Shown here piece by piece: positions 29,422 to 40,044 of a stretch of 64,000 nt of DNA. The translations under genes and the position numbers were made by a program. This DNA comes from an uncultured Erythrobacter sp. (GTDB taxonomy: Bacteria; Pseudomonadota; Alphaproteobacteria; Sphingomonadales; Sphingomonadaceae), in NCBI GenBank assembly GCA_947488085.1, contig CANKYI010000001.1, positions 1,247,928 to 1,311,927 on the forward strand, read 5' to 3'. How positions within the stretch are numbered: the stretch's first letter is position 1; every line of letters starts with the position of its first letter. The notes beneath the pieces are model-generated. The model was not told the DNA's origin, ran no database searches, and saw only the letters and a program-made list of their open reading frames with translations.

Positions 29422-30309
29422 CTAGTCCGATGCGCGGCGTGTGGCAAGCGGGTGACGCGAATTGACCAGTTGGACAAGCCGAGCAGCGTCGACATGGGTG
29501 TATATCTGAGTGGTCGCAATATCGGCATGGCCCAAGAGGGTTTGCAAGACGCGCAGATCCGCTCCACCCTCCAATAGATGCGTCGCAAAGGCATGGCGAA
29601 GGACATGCGGGCTGATCCCCGTTGGGTCGAGATCGGTACGCGCTGCCAGTTCTTTCAACATCTGGAAAAGCCGCACACGCGACAGGTGCTTGCCTCCACG
29701 GGATGGGAATAGGTGGCGCGATTGCGGCGCTTGCGGCCGGATTGCGATCCAATCGGCCAAAGCGGTTCGCGCGCGGTCGCTGACCGGAACCATGCGCGCC
29801 TGACCGCCTTTGCCTATCACCGTGATCAGCGGCGCATCGCGCGGCACTGCGGATAATGGTAGGCTGACCAGCTCAGTCGCGCGCAATCCTGACCCATACA
29901 GCATTTCAAGTAACGCCAATTGCCGCACAGATGCAGGCTTGCCGCTTGATGCCTCTAGTTCTGCCCGGTTCAACAGCCTTTCGACCGCATCGTGTGACAG
30001 GACTTTCGGGAGCGGACGGCGGCTTTGCGGATTGGGTAGAGCGTTAGATGGATCATCTTCACGCCAGCCTTCATCCACGGCAAACCCAAAAAATTGCCGC
30101 AGCGCCGATGCTTTGCGCGCTACTGTTGATGGAGCGAGCGCACCCCATTCACCGGCCAATTTCGCAACTTTCGCGCGCGGAGCTTTTGCCAGGTCGCCGA
30201 GCGCCTCTTCTGCTCCGGCAAGATCGCGGCGGTAGGCGGCAAGCGTATTGACCGCAGCCCCGCGTTCAGCGGCCAGCATGTCCAGAAACGCTTGAGTGGC
30301 CGCCGACAT
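29422..30309 (-). CDS. xerD: Site-specific tyrosine recombinase XerD
   Basis: [33 protein letters not shown] and [14 protein letters not shown] motifs; accA-linked context. Confidence 0.88.
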   Translation of the reverse strand: MSAATQAFLDMLAAERGAAVNTLAAYRRDLAGAEEALGDLAKAPRAKVAKLAGEWGALAPSTVARKASALRQFFGFAVDEGWREDDPSNALPNPQSRRPLPKVLSHDAVERLLNRAELEASSGKPASVRQLALLEMLYGSGLRATELVSLPLSAVPRDAPLITVIGKGGQARMVPVSDRARTALADWIAIRPQAPQSRHLFPSRGGKHLSRVRLFQMLKELAARTDLDPTGISPHVLRHAFATHLLEGGADLRVLQTLLGHADIATTQIYTHVDAARLVQLVNSRHPLATRRASD

Positions 30310-30320
30310 TCAGCGCCCCC

Positions 30321-32219
30321 TTATCCGCGCGCAACCGCCTCTGCGGCGATCATCCGGGCCTCAGCCTCCAAGCCAACAGCGCGAAGAGCAGAGATAACAT
30401 AATAGAGGTGCAGCGGCGTCATTTGCGACCAGTCCTCACCCTGCATGCCGAGCCCCGCGAGTAACACCACCATCGCTGGATTCTCCACCTCGGCCGCGCG
30501 ATCAATCATACGGGTCCATCGGGTTTGACGAGCAAGATCAACGTCATATTCGGCACCCGTACTAATTGGAACGCGCCCCAACCCAGCGAGTCCAGCGACG
30601 AGAAACGCGGATTTGCGGCTCTCTTCGCTCTCATCATCGCCGTAGAATGTCGCCAAAGCGTCGAGATCAGCGACACCGCCTGTCGGATTGGAGAGTGCCA
30701 ACAGCGCCCAGCCCATTGATCCCGGCTCCACCACATTGGCCCAACTTGCCGCGTCGCGGTCTAACCCGGCGGTGAGCATCGATGCGATCAGATCGCCTGC
30801 TGCGTCAGCCTGTTCCACAGATGCTGGAATGCGCGCGGCGGCATAGGCGGTGAGAACTTGGCCGGGGAAACTCATGGTCTCCCCACCCCACAGAGCCTGC
30901 ATTGCTTCGATCCGTATCGTGGGATCAGCACCGACATAGGCTTCTCTCAACCGACCTGCTCGCGAAGCCACGTCACCGCCAATCGATGAGTCAGCGTAAA
31001 CCTGACTGTAAATCTCAACCAAGGCCGCAGAGGATAAGACACCGCGATCCGCCGCGACCCCTGCATAAAGGGCGCGTTTGCCCAATGGCACCATCGGCAC
31101 AGATGCAGCGGAGAGGGGGTAATAATTGCCGCGCGGCCCCTCAAGCGCGGCATTAACCAGCGCATCGGGAATATCCTCACCCACAGCGTTTGCGATCGCG
31201 AAACGCCATGGGGTCAGCTCCTCTACGCCGTCCCAAGAAACGGTGGTTCCGCCGCGCCCACGCCCCGCCGCACCGGCGTAACGTTGAGCCAACAGGATAT
31301 CGATTTCCGGCGCAATTTCCTCACTTTGCGCAGCGTTAAGCTGCGATCCCGCCAGCGCACCCTCGCCCGCATAGGCATTGCAAATCGCCTGCATCATCAC
31401 CCATTGCGCATCCTCTCGTTCTGATCCTTGGAAACGCACAGCAGGGCACGCTCCAGCAAGATCAGAGGAAGCAATATATGCGGTCAGCGCTTGGCTGGTC
31501 ATTGCCCGGTCCCAATTGCCGGTGTCGACATCCTGAGCAAGCCCGCGAGCAACCGCAAATTCGCCCATGGAATTCAGCACACCAGCGCGTAGCGCGGCAA
31601 ACTCAACGGGGTTCATCCCCTCTGGTGTAGCCAGACGGCTGGCCAAAGCACGGCGCAGCACAATGTGTCCCCAACGCGAAACCAGTGGGCCTTTTGTGCC
31701 ACCCAAGATGGCTCGAACCAGAGCTTCCGGTTGCTTGGAGAGCGACGCGGTTGGCAGTCCACCTTCTGATGGGGATAATATACCCACTTGAGCCAAGGAA
31801 CGGCGAGCCGCAGGTGGCATGTCAAATCGAGGCTTTAGCCCCAACAGGTCGTCCAGCTGATCAGTGGAGAGGTTCTCGAGCTCCTCCACACTCGGCAGGC
31901 GCGAAAACTCCTCACTGGACACACGCGGTGCAGCGGGCAAAGATGGCTGCGAGCCTGATGGAATAGGCTGAACAGTAGCCCCGCCCCCACGCGGCGCAGG
32001 ACCAGATGGGGTCGCAGGAGCCACGGTGGGCGGCGGTGCAGGTGCCGGTGTCGGGCTTGGCGCGGGCGCAGGATCATCAAATCCGGGTGGCAAAAGCGAT
32101 TCGGGTGCCTCTTGCGCATTCGCAAATGTCGTGACGATTCCGCCGCTGACGGCTCCCGCCAACGCCAAAGCGCCAACTCCTGCCATCCACCCCGTTTTTC
32201 GAGCAAAATCACGCATCAT
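30321..32219 (-). CDS. Exported hypothetical protein with Pro-rich N-terminus
   Basis: Long ORF with signal peptide, a PAPAP low-complexity tract and an all-helical body. Confidence 0.8.
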   Translation of the reverse strand: MMRDFARKTGWMAGVGALALAGAVSGGIVTTFANAQEAPESLLPPGFDDPAPAPSPTPAPAPPPTVAPATPSGPAPRGGGATVQPIPSGSQPSLPAAPRVSSEEFSRLPSVEELENLSTDQLDDLLGLKPRFDMPPAARRSLAQVGILSPSEGGLPTASLSKQPEALVRAILGGTKGPLVSRWGHIVLRRALASRLATPEGMNPVEFAALRAGVLNSMGEFAVARGLAQDVDTGNWDRAMTSQALTAYIASSDLAGACPAVRFQGSEREDAQWVMMQAICNAYAGEGALAGSQLNAAQSEEIAPEIDILLAQRYAGAAGRGRGGTTVSWDGVEELTPWRFAIANAVGEDIPDALVNAALEGPRGNYYPLSAASVPMVPLGKRALYAGVAADRGVLSSAALVEIYSQVYADSSIGGDVASRAGRLREAYVGADPTIRIEAMQALWGGETMSFPGQVLTAYAAARIPASVEQADAAGDLIASMLTAGLDRDAASWANVVEPGSMGWALLALSNPTGGVADLDALATFYGDDESEESRKSAFLVAGLAGLGRVPISTGAEYDVDLARQTRWTRMIDRAAEVENPAMVVLLAGLGMQGEDWSQMTPLHLYYVISALRAVGLEAEARMIAAEAVARG

Positions 32220-32416
32220 TCACTGTCCCCGTCGACAACCGGCATCGCCACAGATTGCACTATCGGGCGGATCGGTTTCTCACCGGCATCAAACCAAGCC
32301 AAACCAAGCAGCACGACGACCGCTCCCGCCACGTAAAACGGCCAGCGCATCAGCCCCGGCTTTTCGGAAGGGGTCAATTTGATCTGTGAATGGGTCGCAG
32401 AGCGTTGGTGAGACAT
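32216..32416 (-). CDS. Small single-TM hypothetical protein
   Basis: 66 aa with one TM; ATGA overlap with the downstream gene. Confidence 0.6.
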   Translation of the reverse strand: MSHQRSATHSQIKLTPSEKPGLMRWPFYVAGAVVVLLGLAWFDAGEKPIRPIVQSVAMPVVDGDSE

Positions 32417-32454
32417 ATTGCGCGCGCTTTAACCCATCTATAGGCCGTGGGGCA

Positions 32455-33021
32455 ATGACTGCTGATGCGACTTTAACCCAAAGCGATATAGCAACGATTG
32501 CCGCTGCCATCGACCGCCCAATCGTGCTGGTCGGTTTGATGGGTGTGGGAAAATCCACCGTTGGCCGCCGATTGGCAGGGATGCTGGACCGCGACTTTGT
32601 CGATGCCGACGATGCCATTGTCGAGGCCGCACAACGCTCCATCGCAGAAATCTTCGAAGAATTTGGCGAACCCTATTTTCGCGATGGAGAGCGACGCGTG
32701 ATTGCGCGCCTGATTGAGGAACGCGCAGGGGTCATTGCGACCGGTGGAGGGGCTTTCATCGATCCCGAAACACGCGCTCTGATCTTGAACAGCGCCATTG
32801 CAGTTTGGATCGATTGCGACATTGACACTTTGGTGGAGCGCACATCGCGCCGCGACACGCGTCCACTGCTCAGAAATGGCGATCCCAAGGCAATCCTCAC
32901 TGGCTTAGCCAATGATCGTGAGCAATTTTACAAACAAGCGCAAATCCGCGTTGAAAGCGAAGACGGTCCCCATGCCGATACTGCGCGCAGAATTATCGAG
33001 GCGATCGATCAATGGCTGTAG
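32455..33021 (+). CDS. aroK: Shikimate kinase
   Basis: GLMGVGKST, FRDGE, ATGGG and RPLL motifs. Confidence 0.96.
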   Translation: MTADATLTQSDIATIAAAIDRPIVLVGLMGVGKSTVGRRLAGMLDRDFVDADDAIVEAAQRSIAEIFEEFGEPYFRDGERRVIARLIEERAGVIATGGGAFIDPETRALILNSAIAVWIDCDIDTLVERTSRRDTRPLLRNGDPKAILTGLANDREQFYKQAQIRVESEDGPHADTARRIIEAIDQWL

Positions 33022-34130
33022 TCCCCGTCGCGCTGGCCGGGCGCAGCTATGATGTGACCATTGAAGCGGGCGCTTTAGCAAAGCTTGCTGAGCTCGCCGC
33101 CCCATACCTTGACCGATATAACGGCCGCAAAGTGCCGTTTGTTACCGATGCGAACACGCACCGCCTCTATCAGAACCAGATCGAGACCGCTTTAGCGAAG
33201 GGAGGCCATCACGCTGAATGGTTCGTCGTTGATCCGGGCGAAGGGGCAAAAAGCTGGGGTGTTTTAGAGCAGCTCACCGATTGGCTGCTTACGCTCGGCA
33301 TTACCCGATCTGACCATGTTTTTGCCCTTGGTGGAGGGGTGGTTGGTGATCTTACTGGACTTGCCTGTGCGGTCGCGAAGCGCGGTTGCGGATTTGTTCA
33401 GATTCCAACGACGCTGCTTGCCCAAGTTGATAGTTCGGTTGGTGGTAAGACTGCGATCAACACACGGGCGGGCAAAAATCTGATCGGTGCCTTTCATCAA
33501 CCCTCCGCAGTGATCATCGATCCGCTGGTTTTGGGCACATTGCCTGACCGGGAAATGCGCGCTGGCTATGCCGAAGTGGTCAAATACGGCTTGTTAGGAG
33601 ACGCTGAGTTCTTTGACTGGCTCGATGTGAATGGAACGCAAGTGCTTGCCCGCACGCCCGAACCGCTCGCTCATGCCATCGCCACCAGCATCCGCGCCAA
33701 GGCAAAGATCGTTGCCGAGGATGAGCGCGAGACCAACGATGTGCGCGCTCTGCTTAATCTGGGGCACACATTCGGACATGCTTTAGAGGCGGAGACAGGG
33801 TTTTCCGACCAACTGCTACACGGCGAAGCGGTGGCGCTCGGCATGGTGCTAGCCGCGCGATATTCGGCGCAGCGCGGGGATCTGGCTGCTAGTGATGCAG
33901 AGCGGTCCGCGCGCACTATTGCGGCGGCGGGACTGCCATCGGAGATCGCCGAGCTTGGCCTGACCTGTGACGGGGCGAAACTCGCCGATCATATGCGCCA
34001 TGACAAGAAGATGGAGGGCTCCACCCTACCCTTCTTACTGCTGAAAAACATCGGAGAGGCTTACATGGCGCGCGACGTTGAATTGAGCGATATTGCGGCA
34101 TTCCTCGACACAGAACTGGCCAGAGCATGA
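33012..34130 (+). CDS. aroB: 3-dehydroquinate synthase
   Basis: GGGVVGDL, PTTLLAQVDSSVGGKT and LNLGHTFGHA motifs. Confidence 0.98.
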   Translation: MAVVPVALAGRSYDVTIEAGALAKLAELAAPYLDRYNGRKVPFVTDANTHRLYQNQIETALAKGGHHAEWFVVDPGEGAKSWGVLEQLTDWLLTLGITRSDHVFALGGGVVGDLTGLACAVAKRGCGFVQIPTTLLAQVDSSVGGKTAINTRAGKNLIGAFHQPSAVIIDPLVLGTLPDREMRAGYAEVVKYGLLGDAEFFDWLDVNGTQVLARTPEPLAHAIATSIRAKAKIVAEDERETNDVRALLNLGHTFGHALEAETGFSDQLLHGEAVALGMVLAARYSAQRGDLAASDAERSARTIAAAGLPSEIAELGLTCDGAKLADHMRHDKKMEGSTLPFLLLKNIGEAYMARDVELSDIAAFLDTELARA

Positions 34131-34897
34131 GCCGGTTTGTCGATCTCTCGATCCCGATCACCAATGATGTGATCTCTGATCCCGAGGTGATGCGTCCCAA
34201 AGTCACCTACATGACGCATGAGGATACTTGGGAGCAGATCGCCATGTTCTTTCCCGGGCTTGAAAAAGATGACCTTCCCGATGGCGAAGGCTGGGCGGTC
34301 GAGATGCTGGAGCTGTCCACCCACAATGGCACCCATATGGACGCACCGTGGCACTATCACTCAACCACCGATGCGGGCGCTGCGCCAGCGCCCAGCATTG
34401 ATGAAGCGCCGCTCGACCGATTTCTTCGCCCCGGTGTAAAGCTCGACTTTTCCGCTCTACCCGCTGGTCATGTCGTCAGCGCGGCTGAGCTGGAGCAGGC
34501 GTTCGCTGCCATTCAATACAAGCTTGAACCGCTCGATATCGTGTTGATCCAGTCGGGCGCCGTATATGGCACCGATGATTTCATCGATCAGGGCGTCGGC
34601 CTCGGTGCGGAGGCAACCTTGTGGTTGACGGATCGCGGCGTCGAAGTGGTCGGAACCGATGCGTGGAGCTGGGATGCACCATTCAGCCACACGGCGCGCC
34701 GTTGGGCCGAAAATCGTGATCCCGCCATCATTTGGGAGGGCCACAAAGCCGGACGCATCCGACCTTATTACCAAATTGAAAAGCTCACCAATCTTGAAGC
34801 GCTACCCGCGCACGGTTTCATGTTCAGCTGTTTTCCGGTGAAGATCGAACGAGCCAGCGCCGGATGGATCCGCGCGGTGGCAATCGTAGAGGATTAA
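34127..34897 (+). CDS. Cyclase family metal-dependent hydrolase (kynurenine formamidase-like)
   Basis: HNGTHMDAPWH, GTDAWSWD and IEKLTNL motifs; ATGA overlap with aroB. Confidence 0.9.
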   Translation: MSRFVDLSIPITNDVISDPEVMRPKVTYMTHEDTWEQIAMFFPGLEKDDLPDGEGWAVEMLELSTHNGTHMDAPWHYHSTTDAGAAPAPSIDEAPLDRFLRPGVKLDFSALPAGHVVSAAELEQAFAAIQYKLEPLDIVLIQSGAVYGTDDFIDQGVGLGAEATLWLTDRGVEVVGTDAWSWDAPFSHTARRWAENRDPAIIWEGHKAGRIRPYYQIEKLTNLEALPAHGFMFSCFPVKIERASAGWIRAVAIVED

Positions 34898-35181
34898 ATA
34901 ACCGGTTTTGAGCCTGTGGGGCGTGGCAGCTGAGTGACTTTCTCACCCAAATCGTCGCCTTCAACCTGATCTTCGGCCATCATCGTGTCATGATCGGCAA
35001 ACAGGCGCTCAATTTCCGCGCGCCGTTCCAGCATCATTTGCGCAATGCCAGGCGCAAGGCTTTCACCATCGCCAATCTGCCCAAGCAATGCGGCCAAGTC
35101 ACTAGCCGTCGCATCGCGAGCGCTCTTAAAAAATTGGCCCTTCCGATCGAAGTAACCGGTTCCTTTTTTAGCCACGTTCAT
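34894..35181 (-). CDS. Hypothetical protein
   Basis: 95-aa ORF with SD GGGGAA and protein-like composition, filling the gap between genes. Confidence 0.65.
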   Translation of the reverse strand: MNVAKKGTGYFDRKGQFFKSARDATASDLAALLGQIGDGESLAPGIAQMMLERRAEIERLFADHDTMMAEDQVEGDDLGEKVTQLPRPTGSKPVI

Positions 35182-35408
35182 TCCCCCTTTGGCACATCAC
35201 CTCAGGTGCGACCCTGTGGCGCATTACCGAATCATGCACTGTCATAATCTCGCAATTGGCCCATGCGCGCTAGTCCATTTGTGGACAACAGCTCAGCTCG
35301 TGGCTCAATTTTTCGTTTTGTTACAAGCAATAGTCTCAAGTGCAATGCGCACAGCACAATGTGTGCAAAGCGGGGACAGAATGTGAGCGATCCGTGAATG
35401 GTGCTGGA

Positions 35409-37445
35409 TTACTCCAGCTCAAGGATCACCGCATCCACTGCCAAGCTCTCTCCCTCGGCAGCGTTGATGTTGCCGATTGTGCCCTCTTTCTCAGCGCGAA
35501 GAATATTCTCCATCTTCATCGCCTCTACTGTTGCCAATGGCTGGCCGGGTTGAACCACATCGCCGGTCGCAACGTGCAGTTTCATGAGCATTCCTGGCAT
35601 CGGGCAAATCAGCATTTTGGACAGATCAGGCGGGATCTTTTCGATCATATGCACATCAAGAGCGGCGACCGCAGCAGGCAGCACGATTGCATCGTGTGAA
35701 GCACCGCGTGTTGTGATCCGCCAACGCACGCCGACGCGGTCAATCTGGACCGTCATTTCGTCTTCGCCAGTCACATTGGCAAAGGTCTCACCAACCTCCC
35801 AATCCCATGTCCCGTCGATCCGGTGGCCATCAACGGTTGCGCCGCCAACTTCCAAAAGCACATCAAAGCGTCGCTCACCGATCTTCACCATCCAGCCCGA
35901 AGGCGGATTTTCCACGCCGTTCAACTGACCCGTGATCTGGCGCGCGCGCACCGATTGCGTGAATTCTGCACCTGCAAACAATGCAGCGAGTTGACGCAGC
36001 CAAGCATCGTCGGCTGGTGCGCCGGTAAAGCCGTCAGGATATTCCTCTGCAATAAAGCCCGTGGTCAGTTCGCCGGAACGGAACCGTTCGTGTTGCATAA
36101 TCGCGCTAAGAAAATCGACATTGTGGCCGAGCCCTTTGATACGGAACCGGTCCAAGGCATCAATTTGCAAATCCGCAGCCTGTTCGCGAGTCGGAGCCCA
36201 AGTGATCAGCTTAGCGATCATCGGGTCGTAGAACATCGACACCTCGCCGCCTTCGAAAACGCCATCGTCGACGCGGATGCTGCCTTCGCCATGCGCAACG
36301 CCACGCCGCGCTTTGCCTGCGACTTCGCCGTCATCGGTCCAACCAGGGATCGACGGCGAATATTCGACCAAACGCCCGGTCGAAGGGAGGAACCCGCGAT
36401 AGGGGTCCTCGGCATAGACGCGGTTTTCGATCGACCACCCATCGATGCCAATATCATCCTGCGTCATCGACAATTCTTCGCCCGCTGCGACGCGGATCAT
36501 CTGTTCAACAAGATCAATACCAGTGATCGCCTCTGTTACCGGATGTTCGACCTGCAGACGCGTGTTCATTTCGAGGAAGTAGAAGCTTTCCCCGGTTGGG
36601 TCCGCACCGCTCACAATCAACTCAACCGTGCCGGCCGAATGGTAATCCACTGCACGCGACAGAGCCACGCTTTGCTCACCCATCGCCTTGCGCATTTTGG
36701 CCGTCACAAAAGGCGAAGGTGCTTCTTCGACGACCTTTTGATGGCGGCGTTGGATTGAGCATTCGCGCTCATTCAAATAGAGGATATTGCCGTGCTTATC
36801 GCCCAGAATCTGAATCTCGATATGGCGCGGATTTTCGATGAACTTCTCAATGAAAACGCGGTCATCGCCAAAGGAATTGAGGCCTTCGCGCTTCGTCGCT
36901 TCAAAGCCTTCGCGCACATCTGCCTCTGACCAGGCAAGCCGCATACCTTTGCCCCCGCCACCGGCGCTGGCTTTCATCATCACCGGATAACCGATGTCGT
37001 CAGATATCTCGACCGCATGATCAGTATCGCGGATTTCGCCGACAAAGCCGGGGACGACATTGACGCCGGCCGCTTTGGCCAATTTCTTCGATTCAATCTT
37101 GTCGCCCATCGCCGCGATTGCGCCCGCAGGCGGGCCGATAAAGGCAATATTCTCCGCCGCCAATGCCTCAACAAAACTGGCGCGCTCAGACAGAAAACCA
37201 TAGCCGGGGTGCACCGCTTCAGCGCCCGTTTCCTTGCAGGCAGCGATAATCTTTTCCGGGATCAGATAGCTTTCGGCCGCGGGCGACGCTCCGATATGCA
37301 CCGCCTCATCCGCCATCCTCACAAACGGCGCATTACGATCCGCATCAGAATAGACCGCGACACAAGCGATCCCCATTTTCTGCGCCGTTTGAATGACACG
37401 GCAAGCGATCTCACCGCGATTGGCAATCAGGATTTTGGAAAACAA
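35409..37445 (-). CDS. pccA: Propionyl-CoA carboxylase alpha subunit (biotin carboxylase + BCCP)
   Basis: ANRGEIA, HPGYGFLSE, GGGGKGMR, FLEMNTRLQVEH and biotin site EAMKM; in an operon with pccB/mce/scpA. TTG start inferred. Confidence 0.9.
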   Translation of the reverse strand: MFSKILIANRGEIACRVIQTAQKMGIACVAVYSDADRNAPFVRMADEAVHIGASPAAESYLIPEKIIAACKETGAEAVHPGYGFLSERASFVEALAAENIAFIGPPAGAIAAMGDKIESKKLAKAAGVNVVPGFVGEIRDTDHAVEISDDIGYPVMMKASAGGGGKGMRLAWSEADVREGFEATKREGLNSFGDDRVFIEKFIENPRHIEIQILGDKHGNILYLNERECSIQRRHQKVVEEAPSPFVTAKMRKAMGEQSVALSRAVDYHSAGTVELIVSGADPTGESFYFLEMNTRLQVEHPVTEAITGIDLVEQMIRVAAGEELSMTQDDIGIDGWSIENRVYAEDPYRGFLPSTGRLVEYSPSIPGWTDDGEVAGKARRGVAHGEGSIRVDDGVFEGGEVSMFYDPMIAKLITWAPTREQAADLQIDALDRFRIKGLGHNVDFLSAIMQHERFRSGELTTGFIAEEYPDGFTGAPADDAWLRQLAALFAGAEFTQSVRARQITGQLNGVENPPSGWMVKIGERRFDVLLEVGGATVDGHRIDGTWDWEVGETFANVTGEDEMTVQIDRVGVRWRITTRGASHDAIVLPAAVAALDVHMIEKIPPDLSKMLICPMPGMLMKLHVATGDVVQPGQPLATVEAMKMENILRAEKEGTIGNINAAEGESLAVDAVILELE

Positions 37446-37540
37446 AGGGGCCCCCCAGAAAGGCAAAATAGTTTGTTGCAGCATATGCCGCCTTGCCCGC
37501 GTCGGGGCAAGCTATCGGAATTGCGCTTGATCAATGACGA

Positions 37541-38842
37541 TTAAAGCGCCGCGAGTGCTTGGTCGAGATCAGCCTTGATATCATCAATATGTTCGATCCC
37601 CACCGACACGCGGACAACATCGGGGCCGGCGCCCGCCGCGATCAGCCCTTCTTCGTCTAGCTGACTGTGCGTTGTCGATGCAGGATGGATGATAAGCGAG
37701 CGCGTATCACCGATATTAGCAAGGTGGCTGAACAGCTTGACTCCAGTGACCAAAGCTTTGCCCGCCTCAAATCCGCCTTTCAGACCAAAGGTGAACACCG
37801 CGCCTCCACGCCCGCCAAGATAAGTGTGTGCGTTTTCGTGATAGGGGCTGGAGCGCAAACCGGCGTAACTGACCCAATCCACTTTCTCATGCCCCTCCAA
37901 CCACTTGGCAAGCTCCAGCGCATTGGAACAATGGCGCTCCATCCGCAGATACAGCGTCTCCATGCCGGTTAGCGCCAGAAATGCGTTCATCGGCGCCATC
38001 GCTGGACCAAGATCGCGAAGGCCCAGGACGCGGCAAGCGATGATGAAAGCAATGGGACCAATCGGCTCCAGCGCATCAACAAGCACCGCGCCATGGTAAG
38101 AACCATTGGGCTGCGTTAGCGAGGGATATTTGTCGCCCTGCGCCTTCCAATCGAAATTGCCGCTGTCGACGATGATCCCACCAATCGCGTTGCCATGACC
38201 ATTCAGAAATTTGGTGGTTGAGTGCACCACAATATCTGCGCCGTGTTCGAACGGACGACACAAAGCCGGACTGGCCATTGTGTTGTCGACCATCAGCGGC
38301 ACACCGCCTGCATGCGCGATGTCTGCAATCAGTTTTATGTCTGTGACTACCCCCCCAGGATTAGCGAGGCTTTCAACGAACACGACACGTGTTTTGTCAT
38401 CCATCGCTGCGCGTACATTTGCTGGATCATCCGCATCGACAAAGCGCGTTTCCCAACCGAATTTCTTAAACGCCTCACCCAATTGGTTCAGCGATCCGCC
38501 GTACAATTTCTTCGCTGCAACGATGTTACAACCCGGCTCCATCAATGTGTGGAATGCGAGCAATTGCGCAGCATGGCCTGACGCCACACCAAGAGCACCG
38601 ACCCCGCCCTCCAGAGCGGCAACCTTCTTCTCCAGCGCATCATTGGTCGGGTTCATGATGCGCGAATAGATATTCCCGAATTCGGCAAGCGAGAACAGGT
38701 TCGCGGCATGCTCAGGGCTGTCGAAGACATATGAACTGGTCTGATAAATCGGCGTGATCCGCGCATTGGTGGTTGGATCGGGCACGCAACCGGCATGGAC
38801 GCTGAGTGTTTCAGGCCGAGTTTCAGGTGGCAGGTCAGTCAT
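37541..38842 (-). CDS. metY: O-acetylhomoserine aminocarboxypropyltransferase (MetY/OAH sulfhydrylase)
   Basis: PIYQTSSY, YSRIMNPT, HSTTKFLNGHG (PLP Lys), HLANIGD and HPASTTH motifs. Confidence 0.9.
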   Translation of the reverse strand: MTDLPPETRPETLSVHAGCVPDPTTNARITPIYQTSSYVFDSPEHAANLFSLAEFGNIYSRIMNPTNDALEKKVAALEGGVGALGVASGHAAQLLAFHTLMEPGCNIVAAKKLYGGSLNQLGEAFKKFGWETRFVDADDPANVRAAMDDKTRVVFVESLANPGGVVTDIKLIADIAHAGGVPLMVDNTMASPALCRPFEHGADIVVHSTTKFLNGHGNAIGGIIVDSGNFDWKAQGDKYPSLTQPNGSYHGAVLVDALEPIGPIAFIIACRVLGLRDLGPAMAPMNAFLALTGMETLYLRMERHCSNALELAKWLEGHEKVDWVSYAGLRSSPYHENAHTYLGGRGGAVFTFGLKGGFEAGKALVTGVKLFSHLANIGDTRSLIIHPASTTHSQLDEEGLIAAGAGPDVVRVSVGIEHIDDIKADLDQALAAL

Positions 38843-39252
38843 TATCGGGTCTCCGCAAGTTCGCGTAATTCTTGAGTTCGCAGTTTTGTCAGATGAGTTT
38901 TGCAAACCGACACAAGCAATGGCTCTAATGTGCCGCCACGCGCGAAATACCCCTCTGACCGGCAATGCGCGTCACGATATGTCAGCCACGCGCGTTGTGC
39001 CGCTAGCACAGTGTCAAAGTAGCCCGGTCGCTCGTCCCAATCGGGTAATCCTGTGGAGTTGGCAGCCTCATCACGCAGTTTCATCCGATCACGCACAATC
39101 GGCCACACCGCGTTCAATTCGGCATCCGCCTCGTAGAAGTCATTGGCAGCACAAATGTTCATCTCTTGCTGAATCCCTTGGTCCACCTTCTCCTGATCAC
39201 AGGTAGGCAATCCTTCGGGCTGCAGCATCAACACAAGCAAGCTGGCAATCAT
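38842..39252 (-). CDS. Lysozyme inhibitor LprI (DUF1311) family exported protein
   Basis: QQEMNICA, LAAQRAWLTYRDAHC and C---LT--RTQEL motifs. Confidence 0.85.
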   Translation of the reverse strand: MIASLLVLMLQPEGLPTCDQEKVDQGIQQEMNICAANDFYEADAELNAVWPIVRDRMKLRDEAANSTGLPDWDERPGYFDTVLAAQRAWLTYRDAHCRSEGYFARGGTLEPLLVSVCKTHLTKLRTQELRELAETR

Positions 39253-40043
39253 TAGGCGTTTCCTCGATCCACAAATTCAATCAAGCTTTGTGCATAGGCG
39301 GGCGCGCCGCGGCGGTCACCCTCTCCTTTGACTAGGTTACGGACCGCATCGGCCAAGCGCGCGAGATTGCCTTGAGTGAGTTGAGCTATTGGCTCGACAT
39401 AAACACCGATGGTGAAAAGGATCGTGCCTGTTTGCGGCAGTCGGCGCAGAGTTTGGCGTTCCGAACGCACGAACAGAGTGTCGCCCGCATTGCCCGGCGT
39501 TACATGAGCGAAGGCCTCTGTGGGAGCGCGCGCCTCAAGCCAACGCCGCTCCCCCATCGCCGCGATAAACCAATTGCACCGTCCATAAATCACGCCCGGT
39601 TTGAGAGTTTCCATAAACCGGTCAACACCGCTCGCAAGCTGCTCTTCATAGCCCGCAATCGGTTCATGAAGCGCGCGCAGGGGCAAGCCAATTTTGTCTG
39701 CTGGATGCCAGTCAGAAGGCCACGCAATCGCTGCCCCGACCAGACGATAAACATCTTCCTCCGGCGCGCGAGTAAGCAGGCACATGTCTTCATGCGCGTG
39801 CAGCGCGGCCTCAGGCAGAGCGCCGCCAACACCGATCATCCTCGCAAGCTCTTGACCGGGAGCCTGTGCTTCATCGGTCAGTTGCACACCCTCAGGCCAA
39901 TCAACAAAGCTTGCCTTGCGCGCCTTTAGGTCCGGGTCAGGTTGAAGCCATTCCTCTTCGCTAAGCCTGACCAACCCCATCTTGAGCTGCCCTCCCCCGC
40001 GCGCATTAGGGAGCAGTGCGTCGACGGAGAAACCTAGGCTCAT
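39252..40043 (-). CDS. DUF3445 / heme-dependent oxidative N-demethylase alpha-subunit family
   Basis: EDMCLL, PSDWHPADKIG--L--LH-P, RCNW and RSERQTLRRLP motifs. Confidence 0.8.
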   Translation of the reverse strand: MSLGFSVDALLPNARGGGQLKMGLVRLSEEEWLQPDPDLKARKASFVDWPEGVQLTDEAQAPGQELARMIGVGGALPEAALHAHEDMCLLTRAPEEDVYRLVGAAIAWPSDWHPADKIGLPLRALHEPIAGYEEQLASGVDRFMETLKPGVIYGRCNWFIAAMGERRWLEARAPTEAFAHVTPGNAGDTLFVRSERQTLRRLPQTGTILFTIGVYVEPIAQLTQGNLARLADAVRNLVKGEGDRRGAPAYAQSLIEFVDRGNA

Positions 40044-40044
40044 C

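Noticed and set aside
29422-30309. Tyrosine recombinase as a prophage or island integrase near tRNA-Arg
   Set aside because: Motifs and accA context fit housekeeping XerD. No att duplication of the tRNA 3' end and no phage genes were seen.
31960-32080. Pro/Ala-rich repeat as a mobile or VNTR element
   Set aside because: An in-frame low-complexity linker of an exported protein, without exact nucleotide periodicity.
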